NCBI RefSeq assembly: GCF_006345805.1
Contig: NC_043010.1
Location: 22,444,001-22,508,000 of the forward strand
DNA length: 64,000 nt
Source: Octopus sinensis
Taxonomy: Eukaryota
Direction: 5' to 3'
Position numbers and translations under genes: made by a program. This document shows positions 39,351 through 53,049 of the stretch, one piece after another (position 1 is the stretch's first letter; every line of letters begins with the position of its first letter). The notes under the pieces are model-generated. The model had not been told where the DNA came from and did no database searches. It saw only the letters and a list, made by a program, of their open reading frames with translations.

Positions 39351-39564
39351 AAATAATCCCTCGACTATCGCGGGTGCTACATTCCAAATTCCCCCGCGAT
39401 AAGTGAAAATCCGCGAAGTAGAAACAGTACTGCACTGTATTTTTTTCTCTATAATTTTTATATATTTATTTTATTATAAATGCAAATCAACACCCCGGAG
39501 GAATCGACGTAAACTTAAATAATAATCTGCGATAGGTGAACCGCGATATGGCGAGGGATTATTG
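39351..39564 (+). mobile_element. Tigger/pogo-like MITE
   Basis: TA|AAATAATCCCCTCGACTATCGCGG..CCGCGATATGGCGAGGGATTATTG|TA, giving TIRs and a TA target-site duplication. Confidence 0.8.
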
Positions 39565-39679
39565 TATTCTTAAACATTTAAAGAACAGTAAAGAATTATT
39601 GTTCTTTGATTATAATTATTTCGTATGTTAATAGTATTAAGCATTACAGTATTTTCCGACATTATGAGTCGACGTAGTA

Positions 39680-40053
39680 GTCGTGGCACTCCGTCGGTAA
39701 CGACGGCAAGAGTTCCAGTTGATCCGATCAACGGAACGGCTTCCTCGTGAAATTAACGTGCAAGTGACTGAGCACTCCACAGACACTGTACCCTTAACGT
39801 AGTGCACGGGGAGATTCAGAGTGGGAAAAGGCTGGCGCTTTGAAATACAGGTACAACAGAAACAGGAAGAAAGAGTGAAAGAAAGTTGTGATGAAAGAAT
39901 ACAGCAAGGTTCGCCACCATCCCCTGCCGGAGCCTTGCGGAGCTTTAGGTGTTTTCGCTCAATAAACACTCACAACGCCTGGTCTGGGAATCGAAACCGC
40001 GATCCTATGACCGCGAGTCCGCTGACCTAACAACTGGGCCATTGCACCTCCAC
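39680..40053 (-). mobile_element. SINE family C, full length with 13-bp target-site duplication
   Basis: AGTCGACGTAGTA at 39667-39679 and 40054-40066. Confidence 0.92.
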
Positions 40054-40845
40054 AGTCGACGTAGTACATAGTGTAAACATGAAGTGTAAGCATTCAAATA
40101 TCGTCGCTATTTTTCCAAATCTTGTTGCATTTCATCTTGGTGTATAAGTCGACCTACCTATTTACAGTTGAATATTCGACCTACCTATTTACAGTTGAAT
40201 ATTTGACTTGAAGAATGAAAGATATGGTAATTGTATATTAGAAATTATGAATAACTGAAACTTTTTTCTACACTCAGAAGCTTTAATTTCAATTTTCTAA
40301 ACCCTGGAACTATATTTTCAAAGACCTACGTCGCACTTTAAATTCCATGTAGAGCCTTTCAGAAAACGTCCAGACCAGATCCCTATCTACATAATGTATC
40401 AGTTATTAATGTTTAATCGAAAAGGAGAGGACTAGCACATTTCCCAGATTATATCACCTTCGAGGCTTGCGAAAGAAAGGTGGGAAGCAGTTAGAAATAT
40501 GTGGCGCGATTATTGTAAGCAGAAACGAAACTGGAAACCTAGTTCCGATGATTGCAATAGATTGGCATCGTTAATGGTACATAAGTGGTGTTTAGCATGT
40601 AATGAGGTACCATATAGGATCAATCGAAATAGTTTTGTTCAATGTGAAGCTAGGCCGATAAAAGGCTATGATTTAAAACATTTACCGGGGCGTCAAGGGT
40701 AAGTATCACAACTGAAAACACGTCACCAGATGACTATGAACAGAACTTTTTGAACTAGACGACCATATCTGATATTTCTGCCAAAGTTCTAGATTATTAA
40801 CAGATTGCTGGCACCTTAGAGAATGCTTTTACATATCTGTGTGTT

Positions 40846-40879
<34 letters not shown>

Positions 40880-40995
40880 CGTGTCTGTGTTATATATATA
40901 TGTATATATATATGTATATATATATATATACAATTATATACACACACACACACACATATATATATATGCATAATATATAAATATATATATACATG

Positions 40996-41029
<34 letters not shown>

Positions 41030-41141
41030 CATGTATATATACATATACACATGCATATATATATACATATATATATATATACAATTATATACACACACAC
41101 ACACATATATATATGCATATATATATAAATATATATATACA

Positions 41142-41179
<38 letters not shown>

Positions 41180-41939
41180 CATGTATATATACATATACAC
41201 ATGCATATATATATACATATATATATATACATATATATATATAAATATGCATGTATATGTATATATATATATATATCTGATCGTTTGTCCATCGTATTTC
41301 CTTTTCTTTCTCTCTTTTGTCTTTTTCTTTCTTTCCTGTCTAGTTTCAATGTTCTTCCGGGAGTATAACTGAAATTCGATGAAATAAGCAGGAAATGTTT
41401 CGAGATATTTCTTCCACTTCATCTACTTCTATATATTTTCCATATTCCAATATTCAACCATTCCAAGATTCAAAGGTGGCGGGGTGAAAGCAATATACTG
41501 ATATGAATACAAATTACCTGTATGTATGTATGTATGCATCTTTTCCTTGCATTAATCACTGGACTGCGGCCATGCTGAGGTACTGCTTTTCCGTACGAAT
41601 GTACCCTAGCATTTGTTTTCAGAGCCTAGTACTTATTTCATTTTTTTTTTTTGCGAACCGCTAAGTTGCATTCGTGTAAACAAATCCATATCGGTTACCA
41701 AGCGGTGATGGCTGACCTACACAAACCCCGACACACACACACACACACATGCGCACGGGCACACATACACACACACTCACTCATACAAATACCCACGCAC
41801 ACGTATACACACATGTATGATATAGTCAGACAGATACATAGCAGACAGACAGACAGGCAGACAGATAGGTGATACAGGAGTCATACAGCGTGGAATAATT
41901 CGTCGGTAAAATAAATTTCTAATAAGGTACAAACAGCCA

Positions 41940-41983
41940 ATAATAATAATATATAATAATAATAATATATAATAATAATAATA

Positions 41984-42044
<61 letters not shown>

Positions 42045-42195
42045 AAGAAGAAGAGAAGAAGAAGAAGAAGAAGAAGAAGAAAAAGGAGAAGGAGAAGAAG
42101 AAGAAGAAGAAGGAGAAGAAGAAGAAGAAGAAGAAGAAGAAGAAGAAGAAGAAGAAGAAGAAGAAGAAGAAGAAGAAGAAGAAGAAGAAGAATAC
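41940..42195. repeat. (TAA)n then (GAA)n compound microsatellite
   Basis: Direct observation. Confidence 0.95.
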
Positions 42196-42620
42196 CAACA
42201 AAACAACAACAACAATTACTTTTGGTTTCCGGGTCAGAAAACAATATGATGTCTGCAGTGGATAATACTGTCCCAATACTGACCCAGTTCTGATAAAAGA
42301 AAGAAGAGAGAGAAAAAGGAAAAACAGATCTTCCTATTAAGGGCCGTTTGTAATGCGTATTTAAGAAGTATGGCGGCCGAAAATTGTATTAAATTTATCT
42401 GTCTGCGTTACTTTATCAATCATATATCAATCATATATAAGTGTACTGGATCGATTCTGAATATCGAACAGAAACATTAAGCTGAAACGAAAGTAAAATG
42501 TAAAAACAAAAAATGAGCTGTTCCTTAAAAAAAAAAATAATAACATCCGTTGTGTTTGTTTGATCAAGCGGAATATGAAGAGCGAACTTCAAATGAAATG
42601 ATACTTTGGAGAGTGTGTGT

Positions 42621-42668
<48 letters not shown>

Positions 42669-43082
42669 GTGTGTGTGTGTGTATGTGTGTATGCATGTAT
42701 GTATGTATGTATGTATGTATGTATGTATGTATGTATGTATGTATGTATGTATGTGCGTATATGTATATATGTATGTATGTATGTATATATGTATGTATGC
42801 ATGTGTGTATGTATGTATGTGTGCGCATGTATGTGCCTGTATGTATGTATGTATGAGTGTATATATGCTTGTGTGTGTAAATGTGTGTGCGTAAATATAT
42901 TCTATATGTGTGTATATGTATATATACACACAAATACACACACACATATATACGTATATATATGTGCACATATATACAAAATAGGTGTGTGTTTGTGTAT
43001 GATTATCTTTGATATATACGTGTCTCTGTGAGCCTGTTTGTGTGTGTGTGATTGTGCATTGTTGTATGTACTATATATATAC

Positions 43083-43167
<85 letters not shown>

Positions 43168-43888
43168 CATACGTACATACATATGATATATTATGTATAT
43201 GTACATACAAATACATACATATATATATAGTGTGTGCCTGTGTATACATATATACTTATACATACGCATATATATATATATGCATATATTTGTATATATA
43301 TATATAATATGGATGTGTGTATATGTGTATATGCATATGTGTGTGTGCATACATACAAAATTAGAAGCAATAAGTGGATGTGTGAGGAGGAAGTTGGGAG
43401 GAGGGTGTATAATGAATATGCGCAATGAAGAGAAGCCGTCAGTGATCAATTGTTGACATGGTGATTGATTTTTGTTCGATAAAAATACAGCAAACTCTGC
43501 TTTATTTTATTGTCTTTATAGTTTTTATTTTTATATATTTATTTAGGTTTTTGTTCTTTTTTCAATGGCCGTTCTGCAAGATTAGAACATATTGCAGGAA
43601 ACAAAAGCCAGCCAGAGTATTTTGGGACAAACGTGGGTGGAGCACGGAAAAAAAATTGTAGGAGTAAGAGGTGTATGAGAGAAAGGGGAGAAGGAGAGAG
43701 AGGGGTGGGAGGAAGAAGGAAAGAGGGAGAGGGGTGGGAGGAAGAAGGAAAGAGGGAGAGGGAGAGGGAGAGGGAGACATGGTATCAGAAATAGCTAGAT
43801 AGATTGATAGAGAGAGAGGGGAGAGACGGAAAGAAAGAAAGATAGATAGACAGACACAGATAGATAGATAGATAGATAGATAGATAGG

Positions 43889-43970
<82 letters not shown>

Positions 43971-44947
43971 CATACATACATACATAAATACATAGCTTGA
44001 AAGAGAGAGAGAGAAAGAGGTAAATAGACAGACAAATAGATAGATAGATTGAAAGAGAGATAAAGAGAAAGATAAATGCTAATCTGAACGAGTAGGTATT
44101 TCAGTTGATCTAGCGACAGAGTATTCCTCGTGAAAACCGACGGCAGATTTCAACATTCTCACGTTCGTTGATTTCCTACGTTCGCCTTACATATAATGTA
44201 TAAAGGTAACGAGGTTTCACATCGGTAAAAGACAGAGACTTGAGAAAAGGAAATTACCGAATTGAAATGCATTTAATCGAAAGATAAAGGATTAAATGGT
44301 TTCAGACCGAATTTGAACTCAAAATTTAAAGGATCGTAATTTAATACTGCAAGCCAATTCTGTTGATGGTGATATTAAGAAATGACTCTCCGGATTTTAT
44401 CGAACCACATCCTACCTTCTTAACGAAAAGTGGACACATTAGCCATAAAGGGATACACACATTGGTCAATGTAGTACGAAGTGCACCAAAAGATATGGTG
44501 TCTTGGTTGAAATACATTTGATCCTATCTTTGTTATACAGAACTGATCGGGACTACAACTACAACGAAAAGGAGTACGTCTTCTCTGGGGAGCAGTCAAC
44601 AAACAATGAAACAACTCATTTGGCAACTCCCTCCCTCTTTTCTCAGACATCAACAACATGGAAAGATATATTTAATGACGAGTCAGCAAAAGCACAAATA
44701 TGCAAATTAAGTTTTCTGTTAATGAACCAGCTTAATTTATGGATCCTTTAGACAGTGCCTGATCTATGATCTTCAAGGGAAAGAATTCAAGGTGTTTTCT
44801 CTGGAAAGCAGTCAACAAACTGTGGAGCGGAGCGACAGGAGTCTCCCCTCCTTTGCTTTTTTTTGCGCACATAAAGCACGTAGAAAACTGTATTTATATT
44901 TCCAATTAACACGCGGTGAGGCCTTCTAATATTTAATTTATTCCAAA

Positions 44948-45345
44948 GGCGGCGAGCTGGCAGAAACGTTAGCACGCCGAGCGAAATGCTTAGCAGTATT
45001 TCGTCTGCCGCTGCGTTCTGAGTTCAAATTCCGCCGAGGTCCACTTTGCTTTTCATCCTTTCGCGGTCGATAAATTAAGTACCTGTTACGCACTGGGGTC
45101 GATATAATCGACTTAATCCTTTTGTCTGTTCTTGTTTGTCCCCTCTGTATGTAGCCTCTTGTGGGTAGTAAAGAAATAGGTATTTCGTCTGCCGTTACGT
45201 TCTGAGTTCAAATTCCGCTGAGGTCGACTTTGCCTTTCATCCTTTCGATGGCGATCAATTAAGCACCAGTTGCGTAGTGGGGTCAATCTAATCGGCTGGA
45301 CCTCTCTCCAAAAATTTCGGGCCTTATGCCTAGAGTAGAAAGGAA
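44948..45345 (+). mobile_element. SINE family B composite
   Basis: Head-body-tailA-body-tailB. Confidence 0.88.
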
Positions 45346-47599
45346 TATTTGATTTATGCCAGTTCATCTTTGCCGTTCGTGAAAAATATATTGTTGGAAT
45401 AATTAATAGATTGAAAAAAGTACGAATATGCAAATTAATCAATCCACTACTGTGCTAGCCTAATTTATAGCTATATTATACGACAGTTGACCAATGATAT
45501 TTATGAGGAAGAATGCCGGTTACGTCTTCTCTGAAAAACAGTTAATAAACCGTGAGCCGGTCCATTACGAAACTGCATCCCACTTTTTCTGCACTTTAGT
45601 AGCTTAGAAACGACACATTTACATTTTTAGCGTATCCATGGTGAGGAATCTTGTCGTTTGGATAGGTTTATACATGTAAATCATAGATCATACCCTGTCA
45701 CACGCCGCGACTAATCGATTCTGCTTTAAAATTGCATTGCGGGCACAGGTGTCCATTGAATACTGAACCACTTATATGTTAATTCAATTGGTAGGTGATT
45801 TAGTTGATCAAAAAATTGACTGTCCGTAATAGAAAATGACGGAGGTCCACTCCTTTTAACCATGAATGTTTTTTTTTTGTTTTGTTTTTAAATGGAGTTC
45901 ATACAACAGCACGTATCTGTCAAGGTCCCTGAACTGAAGATAACTTCGTCCGTCGGTCTCATTGGCCCCGGCAACGTTCATGGACATTGACCTTTTTCAT
46001 TTGACGAAGCCATAACATAATTTATTGTCATTGATTGTCAATCGATCATACCTTGTTCCAAGCAAAATATCGACTATGTGTGTCTTTAGAACGAAATCAA
46101 TATTAGTCGTATTAAAAAACAATAAACTCGCATCAAATAAAGACAATAAAATAGAGAAAAATACCATCGAAATTATATTTACTGATATTTTGTTGCCCAA
46201 ATTTGTCATTCTCTTGAGTTTGTTTCCACTGAAGAACTACAAGAATTGTGCTTCGTTTAAACAAATGAAATTCTTAAATTTGACTTGACAAAGAACAAAA
46301 AGCAAAGCAAAAGAAAAAAAATCAAGAAGAAAAACAAATGAAATATCAATAAATTGGAGATCAATAAACGTTCAATCGATCTGACTTTAAAAATATTCTT
46401 TCAAAACAAAACTTCGAGCTTTGATTGAATGAGAGGAGAACGCACCTTGGTATTGTATTAAAAGAAAGAGAAAATATTTTCTCAGTCGAAATGAAAATAC
46501 AAAAAAAAAAAAAAACTGTGAAAAATACGGTTCACAAGAATAGTTCAAGGCGCATTTCATTCTTCTTCCTCTAATAAATGCTCTTCCGGTTATTTCAAAT
46601 TAGTATCGGTGTGGATTTTTTCGACCACTTCCGCTCAAAGTTACTCAAATCAAGCCGAATCGAATTTCATTATTTCTTGTAGAGACAGACGCATGGCTTC
46701 GTATTTACAAGCTGAAGGGAAATGAGATTGTGTGATGTTTTTTGTAGTTGCAACTGCTGTTATTAATGTTTAGCCCTCGGTCAGCCTTGACCCAGATGAC
46801 CTGTTAATAAAGGCCTGTTAATAAATTGTAATCACCACTCTTTAATAAATCATGCATAGTGTGTATCAGGCACAACATTATCGAGTGTTCTTTCTTAATT
46901 TGAGGAATATCTGGTTGATTTTTTTTTCCCAGCAGAACAATTGACTGCCAAGACAATTCCCTCGATCGTCTGACGTTAAGACATTTTCAGAATAGCAGCA
47001 TTGAAGGCTTGATAATTACACTCATGAATCGAAACTAGATCTCAGAGCTTACTTTAATTCACAGATGTCTTATGTATTTTATGTATGTACCTTACCTCTA
47101 AACAGCTGGACGTCTCCGCCTTTTGGTAAGATGCTAGAGGCGGTATTACTCACTGACGTAACCAGCAGCAGTACTGAGGCAGAGCTCATGATTTCGTCAA
47201 CAAGCCGGAAACTACTTGCGGCAGGTATTGATATATCTAGAAGCAGATATACCTTGAAGTTAATTAAACATCACGAAAACGAGAGCGAGGCTATGTTCTA
47301 TTGATGTTTGTGATTGAAAAATATATTTGATCTCCCAGACTCCCTAATCCAAAGCTTAGCATTACTTTTTGGTTGCAAATAAGAATAATGAGTATGTTAC
47401 AACCTACAAGTGAAGCAAGTTTCTTGACTCAAGTTCCAAGATGTGTTAACTCTTATTTATTCAATTGGTGCCCAGACTTTCGCCATTACATGGTGGGATT
47501 AGCATTATGGTATGAAGCATAAAACATTACGTATTAGCATCATTTGTGAAGGGTGAGCTTTTATCAAGTTGTTGGACGTTTTAAATGTTACTGGTTGGG

Positions 47600-49780
47600 G
47601 AGAAGTGCTATAGGGTAAGGGGAAGATAATATGTTGCGGGAATTTGAAGCCATGAAATTGTCAATGAAAGTGCTTTCAACTTTCGATGAGATTCTATTGT
47701 ATATTGAATGCAATCAAGCATTATTTCAGAGTTCACTTGTAATTCAAAAGCTGTGTAGCCATCTTCTGTCCTGAAGGAGGAAATATGGTTTCAGTATTTA
47801 TCTTTCAATGTGCATTTCATTATACCTAGATTGTTTTTATGTAGAATATTTCTGTTTAATTTCGTGGCAGTGATACCTGCCATGGAGATAATTGCTTCAT
47901 CATGTATGGCTAAAGGAGCAAGTATCTGTGTTTCTTCGTATGTTGTTAGCCTCAATTGCTTTGGTCCGTTTATTTCTTATTAAATACTTCAAGTTGATGG
48001 TGCAAATGCAACTTAGCCTTACATTATTTCTATTGGATGATATTCATTGATTAATAAGGTAGTGAGCTGGCACAATCGATGGCACGCCGGACAAACTGCT
48101 TAACTGCATTCGTTCGTCATTAAGTTCGAGTTCAAATTTCGCCCAAGTCGATTTACCCTTGCATTGGTTCGGTCTAGATAAAATTAGTATCAGTTGAATA
48201 CTGGGATCGATGTAATCGATTCATCCCCTTCCCCAAACTGGTTGGCCTTGCACCAAAATTTGGTACCAATATCCACTGATTAGAAAGGCTGTGAGCTAGA
48301 AGAAACGTTAGCAAACCGGGCAAAATGCTAGACGGTATTTCGTCCATCTTTTTATCGACCATCCGTCTCCCACCATATTCAGGCTTTGTATCGTTAGTAG
48401 AAAAGACAGTTATATGATAATGTGAATTCACCATCACCAAATAATCTATTTCGTTTGATTTCTGTTTTAGCGTATTTACGATGCTGTCCAGCATCCTCAT
48501 ATTAACTTGAAACAAACTAGTGTACTCTGATTTTAAAGTCAGGCAAAATGTTTATTTTCTAAGGTCTTTGTTTTCCATGAAATCTCAGTCATATCTCCAT
48601 CATTTACATTTTACTTATGTTCTTACATATCTTAGCAAATTCTGCGGAGTGGAAGTTTCACATAGAAGGTTATATTACTGTTGCTATTTATTTCTATTTA
48701 AGTAAAACGTGTCAAGTTTTTTATTATTCATGGAGGAGATGATAGTGGCTAGTTTATGTGTCAGACTATAACCTATTCTTATTGTTCTATTAATGATTTC
48801 CCAGTATTTATTTTTTCCTTTTATAAAGTATTCGTTAATTAATTTAATGATTGCTTTTACTAAGTTGTTTTTAATTTGCAAAGCATATGGTAATATTAAC
48901 CATACAGTATCGTTTCCTTTGTTCGTATGATTAGGATTATTGTTCTTTGGTCTATTGTTATTATTTGGGCAATAATTATTATTAATATTAACAATATTGA
49001 TGTTATACCCATCATTAGTATTACTATTGTTATCACTATTAATGGCGCTGATGACGGGTGCCAGTTTAAGATTTCTTATGTTGTTCATTTTATTCTTTTT
49101 ATATCTGTGTGTGTTTCTAGAATTTATATAGTTATTTTTAATTCCTTTATCATTTCTATCAATGGTATTCAATAGGTATTCAATTATTTTCATTATTACG
49201 GGAAAGTATTTCATTTCATCCTTACACCCTGCATTTTAATGTACTGCATTATACTTATCCTTGTGTTTATCAAATATCACTTCATTTGAGGAAAGATTGG
49301 AGATTCTTTTGCTTATATTTCTTAAAAGGGCTCTTTAAATTTGTTGGGGAAGGTTACTGAAATTGTTCATATACTTTAAAATAGAGTTCTGTTTCATAGA
49401 CGGTTCATGTAGTCCTTTTCAAGTTACAGTTTGTGTCTAAATAGTTCATGGAGTAATTTTCCTTTTCTATAGTAAAGGAGAGACCAAATCTACCGAAAAA
49501 CTCACGTAGGCGTTTCTTTAATAATTCTAGGTACCTATAAGTGATTTCTAACTATAAAGAGTGTGTTGTTCACATACAGATCTCCTCTTAATTCTTGGAA
49601 TTCTCTGTTTATAATACAGTTTTATATTTAAGAGATGAGGAATTATGTACATTATTTACATTCGACGGATATTTGTCCTCATCTTGTTTGTTGTTAACAC
49701 AACGTTTCGGCTGATAAACCATCCAGCCTTCATCAGGTGTCTTGCGGAAATTTCGAATCTGGATTCTCATTCCTAAAGTA
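47600..49780 (-). pseudogene. Decayed, 5'-truncated Penelope-like retroelement (pLTR, RT C-terminal half, linker, probable GIY-YIG remnant)
   Basis: Manual translation gives GDLYVNNTLFIVRN (decayed YxDD, 49565-49576), NYLD, NISKRISNLSSNEVIF, LILPY..NRTIRIGYSLTHKLATIISSMNNKKL (ORF 48684-49214) and LKDKY*NHISSFR (47770-47800). Interrupted by SINE B at about 48058-48410. Confidence 0.75.
49696..49741 (-). ncRNA. Intact minimal type-I hammerhead of the PLE pLTR
   Basis: GACAC, CTGATGA, A, GGCTG gatggtttat CAGCC, GAAAC GTT, GTGTT. Palindromic AACGTT stem III. Confidence 0.8.
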
Positions 49781-49817
49781 TTTTACGATGTTGTTATTAT
49801 TATCATTATTATTATTA

Positions 49818-49859
<42 letters not shown>

Positions 49860-49960
49860 GTAAATATACATACACAATTATACATATATATATATATATA
49901 TACATATATATATAAACGGCGGTGCATCAGCATGGCCGCAGCTCTGAGCTGAAACAAGCA

Positions 49961-50016
<56 letters not shown>

Positions 50017-50018
<2 letters not shown>

Positions 50019-50229
50019 GTAATCCCTGACTATCGCGGGTTTTACGTTTCAAAACTCACCGCGATAGCTGAAAATTGGCGAAGTAGAAACAGTACTCTAT
50101 ATATATATTTTTTATATAATTTGTACATATTTATTTTATTATATATGCAAAACAACACCGCAGAGGAATTGACCTAGGCTTCTATAATAAGCCGTGATAG
50201 GTGAACCGCAATATGGCGAGGGACTATCA
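50017..50229 (+). mobile_element. Tigger/pogo-like MITE
   Basis: CAGTAATCCCTGACTATCGCGG..ATATGGCGAGGGACTATCA, homologous to 39351-39564. Confidence 0.8.
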
Positions 50230-50545
50230 TATATATAATATGTATGTACCTACGTATGTATTTATGTTGGTATGTATCAGTAGACGAGCATGCTCGCAGA
50301 CGTATTATAAGGCAAAAACAAGGACATGCATACACACACACATAGCGATACAGTCCTAACAGAATGACAGAAAAATACATTAGGAACCCCTCCACCTAAA
50401 CACGAATACCGATAGAGTGAAGAAGTCCTTCTTTTATAAAGTAGGAAGTACTATTGAAGGACCTCCATTTTTTGGTTTTATATTGTATTTCGCTAGAAAT
50501 ACTTAGATACCTTTTGGAGAGTGAGGGTTGTTCTCTTTTTCATTT

Positions 50546-50577
<32 letters not shown>

Positions 50578-50936
50578 TTAACCCTTTCTTATCCAATGGA
50601 CGGTTTGTCTCAAACCAGAGATAAAATCCCGTTGGTCAACATGCAACAATGTCTCCCTTACGAACATAATGTGTTCTTCACTTTGAACAGGATGGAGAAA
50701 TGAGATGGAGAAATCCGGCGAGAGTTTATTTCCGTAAAATATATACTTGAATCTGATTGGTGGGTTGGTTGAATTGTTCTCACCGTCGGATCAAAAATGG
50801 CTAGTGGTGTTTAGGTATGTCCGACTACGTTCTGAGTTCAAATCACGTCGAGGTCCAGTTTAGCATTCATCTTTACTGGGTCATTTAAATGAAATACCAG
50901 CTACGTAATGGAGTCAGTTTGTAGAGCAAAAAATTC

Positions 50937-50974
<38 letters not shown>

Positions 50975-51116
50975 CAATAAAGATTCAAGTTAATTTAAAT
51001 GAATTTACTTGAATATGGTACCTAACTTAGATGCACCAAAAAAAACTATACTGTTTTAACAATACAGTAATGTGGGGTGATTATAAGCGAGAAAGAAGCA
51101 ACAAGAATGGATAGGT

Positions 51117-51208
51117 TTTTAGTACAATCGTTTCATACAAGGACAGGCTTTATTAAATGTTGCAAAAATTACAGCATATAAACGTGTCCCGTACTCATCA
51201 GCTAAAAT
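51117..51208 (-). ncRNA. Type-I hammerhead with extended stem II (left arm)
   Basis: Reverse complement of the 52507-52599 motif, with an intact core. Confidence 0.8.
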
Positions 51209-52506
51209 ACATGTGAGTTCTCTAGACATCCTAGTGGTTGAGGCTATACTCATGAAGTAATGTAGATAATTAAGTAACATAAACAGATTTCCAAAGTTCT
51301 TTAAAGTTCTTTAAAGATGATGTCCAGTCTTATCACAGAATTTTAAAAAAGTTTTAATAGCATCACAGAGAAGGTGACCTAATCCATAGTGCACATATGA
51401 ATTTCCAGAGATATGAGGAGGGATTACATACTCACAGACGACAAATTTATCCATTGTTAATCACAACGAGGTGGGTCTCAATTCCTGCTTATTAGCATTA
51501 CAGAGAGGGTGAATTAATCCTTTGTATAGATGCACAATTTCCAATGGTGTAGATGTAAATTTCCAGAGAATGAAGAGGAATTTCATATTCACAGGCGATA
51601 AATTTATCAATGGTTGAACACAATGAGGTAGGTATCAATTCTTGTTATATGATTAGGTATTTGCCACATTAATCACATTACTGCTATTTACAAGAGGCTG
51701 TAGCTATTTAACTTTTAAAGGCTGAAGGGTTTTCTAGGGGTGCAAAGAACAGAAAAGGGAAGGGAAGAAAAGAAAAGAGAGAAAATAAAGGAGGAGGGAG
51801 CAAAAAGGGGGGGAGGGGGACTAAAAGAGAAGAGAAAAGGAAAAAGAGAATAAGAAGAAGAAAAAGAAAAAAGAGAAAAGAGAAAGAAATAGGGAAAGAA
51901 TGGAAAAAAAAGAAAAAGAAGAAAAGAGGGTTCTAGTTATACAGAAGAATTAGTAGACTTTTCTGTTCTTTGCATCTCTAGAAAGCCCTTCAGCCTTTAA
52001 AAGTTAAATAGCTACAGCCTCTTGTAAATAGCAGTAATGTGATTAATGTGGCAAATACCTAATCATATAACAAGAATTGATACCTACCTCATTGTGTTCA
52101 ACCATTGATAAATTTATCGCCTGTGAATATGAAATTCCTCTTCATTTCTCTGGAAATTTACATCTACACCATTGGAAATTGTGCATCTATACAAAGGATT
52201 AATTCACCCTCTCTGTAATGCTAATAAGCAGGAATTGAGACCCACTCGTTGTGATTAACAATGGATAAATTTGTCGTCTGTGAGTATGTAATCCCTCCTC
52301 ATATCTCTGGAAATTCATATGTGCACTATGGATTAGGTCACCTTCTCTGTGATGCTATTAAAACTTTTTTAAAATTCTGTGATAAGACTGGACATCATCT
52401 TTAAAGAACTTTAAAGAACTTTGGAAATCTGTTTATGTTACTTAATTATCTACATTACTTCATGAGTATAGCCTCAACCACTAGGATGTCTAGAGAACTC
52501 ACATGT

Positions 52507-52599
52507 ATTTTAGCTGATGAGTACGGGACACGTTTATATGCTGTAATTTTTGCAACATTTAATAAAGCCTGTCCTTGTATGAAACGATTGTACTAAAAT
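52507..52599 (+). ncRNA. Type-I hammerhead with extended stem II (right arm)
   Basis: ATTTTAG, CTGATGA, about 60-nt hairpin GTACGGGACA..TGTCCTTGTAT, GAAAC gatt GTA, CTAAAAT. Confidence 0.82.
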
Positions 52600-52627
52600 C
52601 CTATCCATTCTTGTTGCTTCTTTCTCG

Positions 52628-52668
<41 letters not shown>

Positions 52669-52999
52669 CTTTCCATATTTGTTTTCGTTCGGCTTCTTTG
52701 TATGTCTCAACTATCATTTATTGGTTCCCAATTTGACCCTTCATAAATCCTAAATTTTGTTTTAGAATTTTTGGGACCAACTGTCTTTGAAGACTCATAT
52801 CGTCGTTGAATGATCGACATGAAGAGTAGATAGACAGCCGACAACTGATGAAGTGCCGTTTCACTGTATTTACTTGTCTTGTTTTCCTTTTTTTTCTCGA
52901 TGTTTAGGTATTTCACTCATTTCTCCCTCGTTTGTTTATGTACTTCATGTTATTTGCATCGTTGGTGACGTCCTGTACCCATATATGCAGGTACACACA

Positions 53000-53039
<40 letters not shown>

Positions 53040-53049
53040 TATACATACA

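Larger units (their letters stand above)
50971..52627. mobile_element. TA-flanked element with a 670-bp inverted repeat (51088-51757 / 51958-52627) and a 200-bp purine-rich spacer
   Basis: Arms are reverse-complementary with about 6 differences by eye. Each arm carries a hammerhead. (TA)n on both flanks. Confidence 0.9.

Noticed and set aside
40820-43350. Many overlapping YI/HT/CV ORFs
   Set aside because: Artefacts of (TA)n, (CA)n and (TACA)n microsatellites.
44575-44830. Local duplicate TCTCTGGRRAGCAGTCAACAAAC (VFSGEQSTN / VFSGKQSTN)
   Set aside because: The second copy's frame is closed just upstream and the match is only about 25 bp, which is insufficient for a coding repeat.
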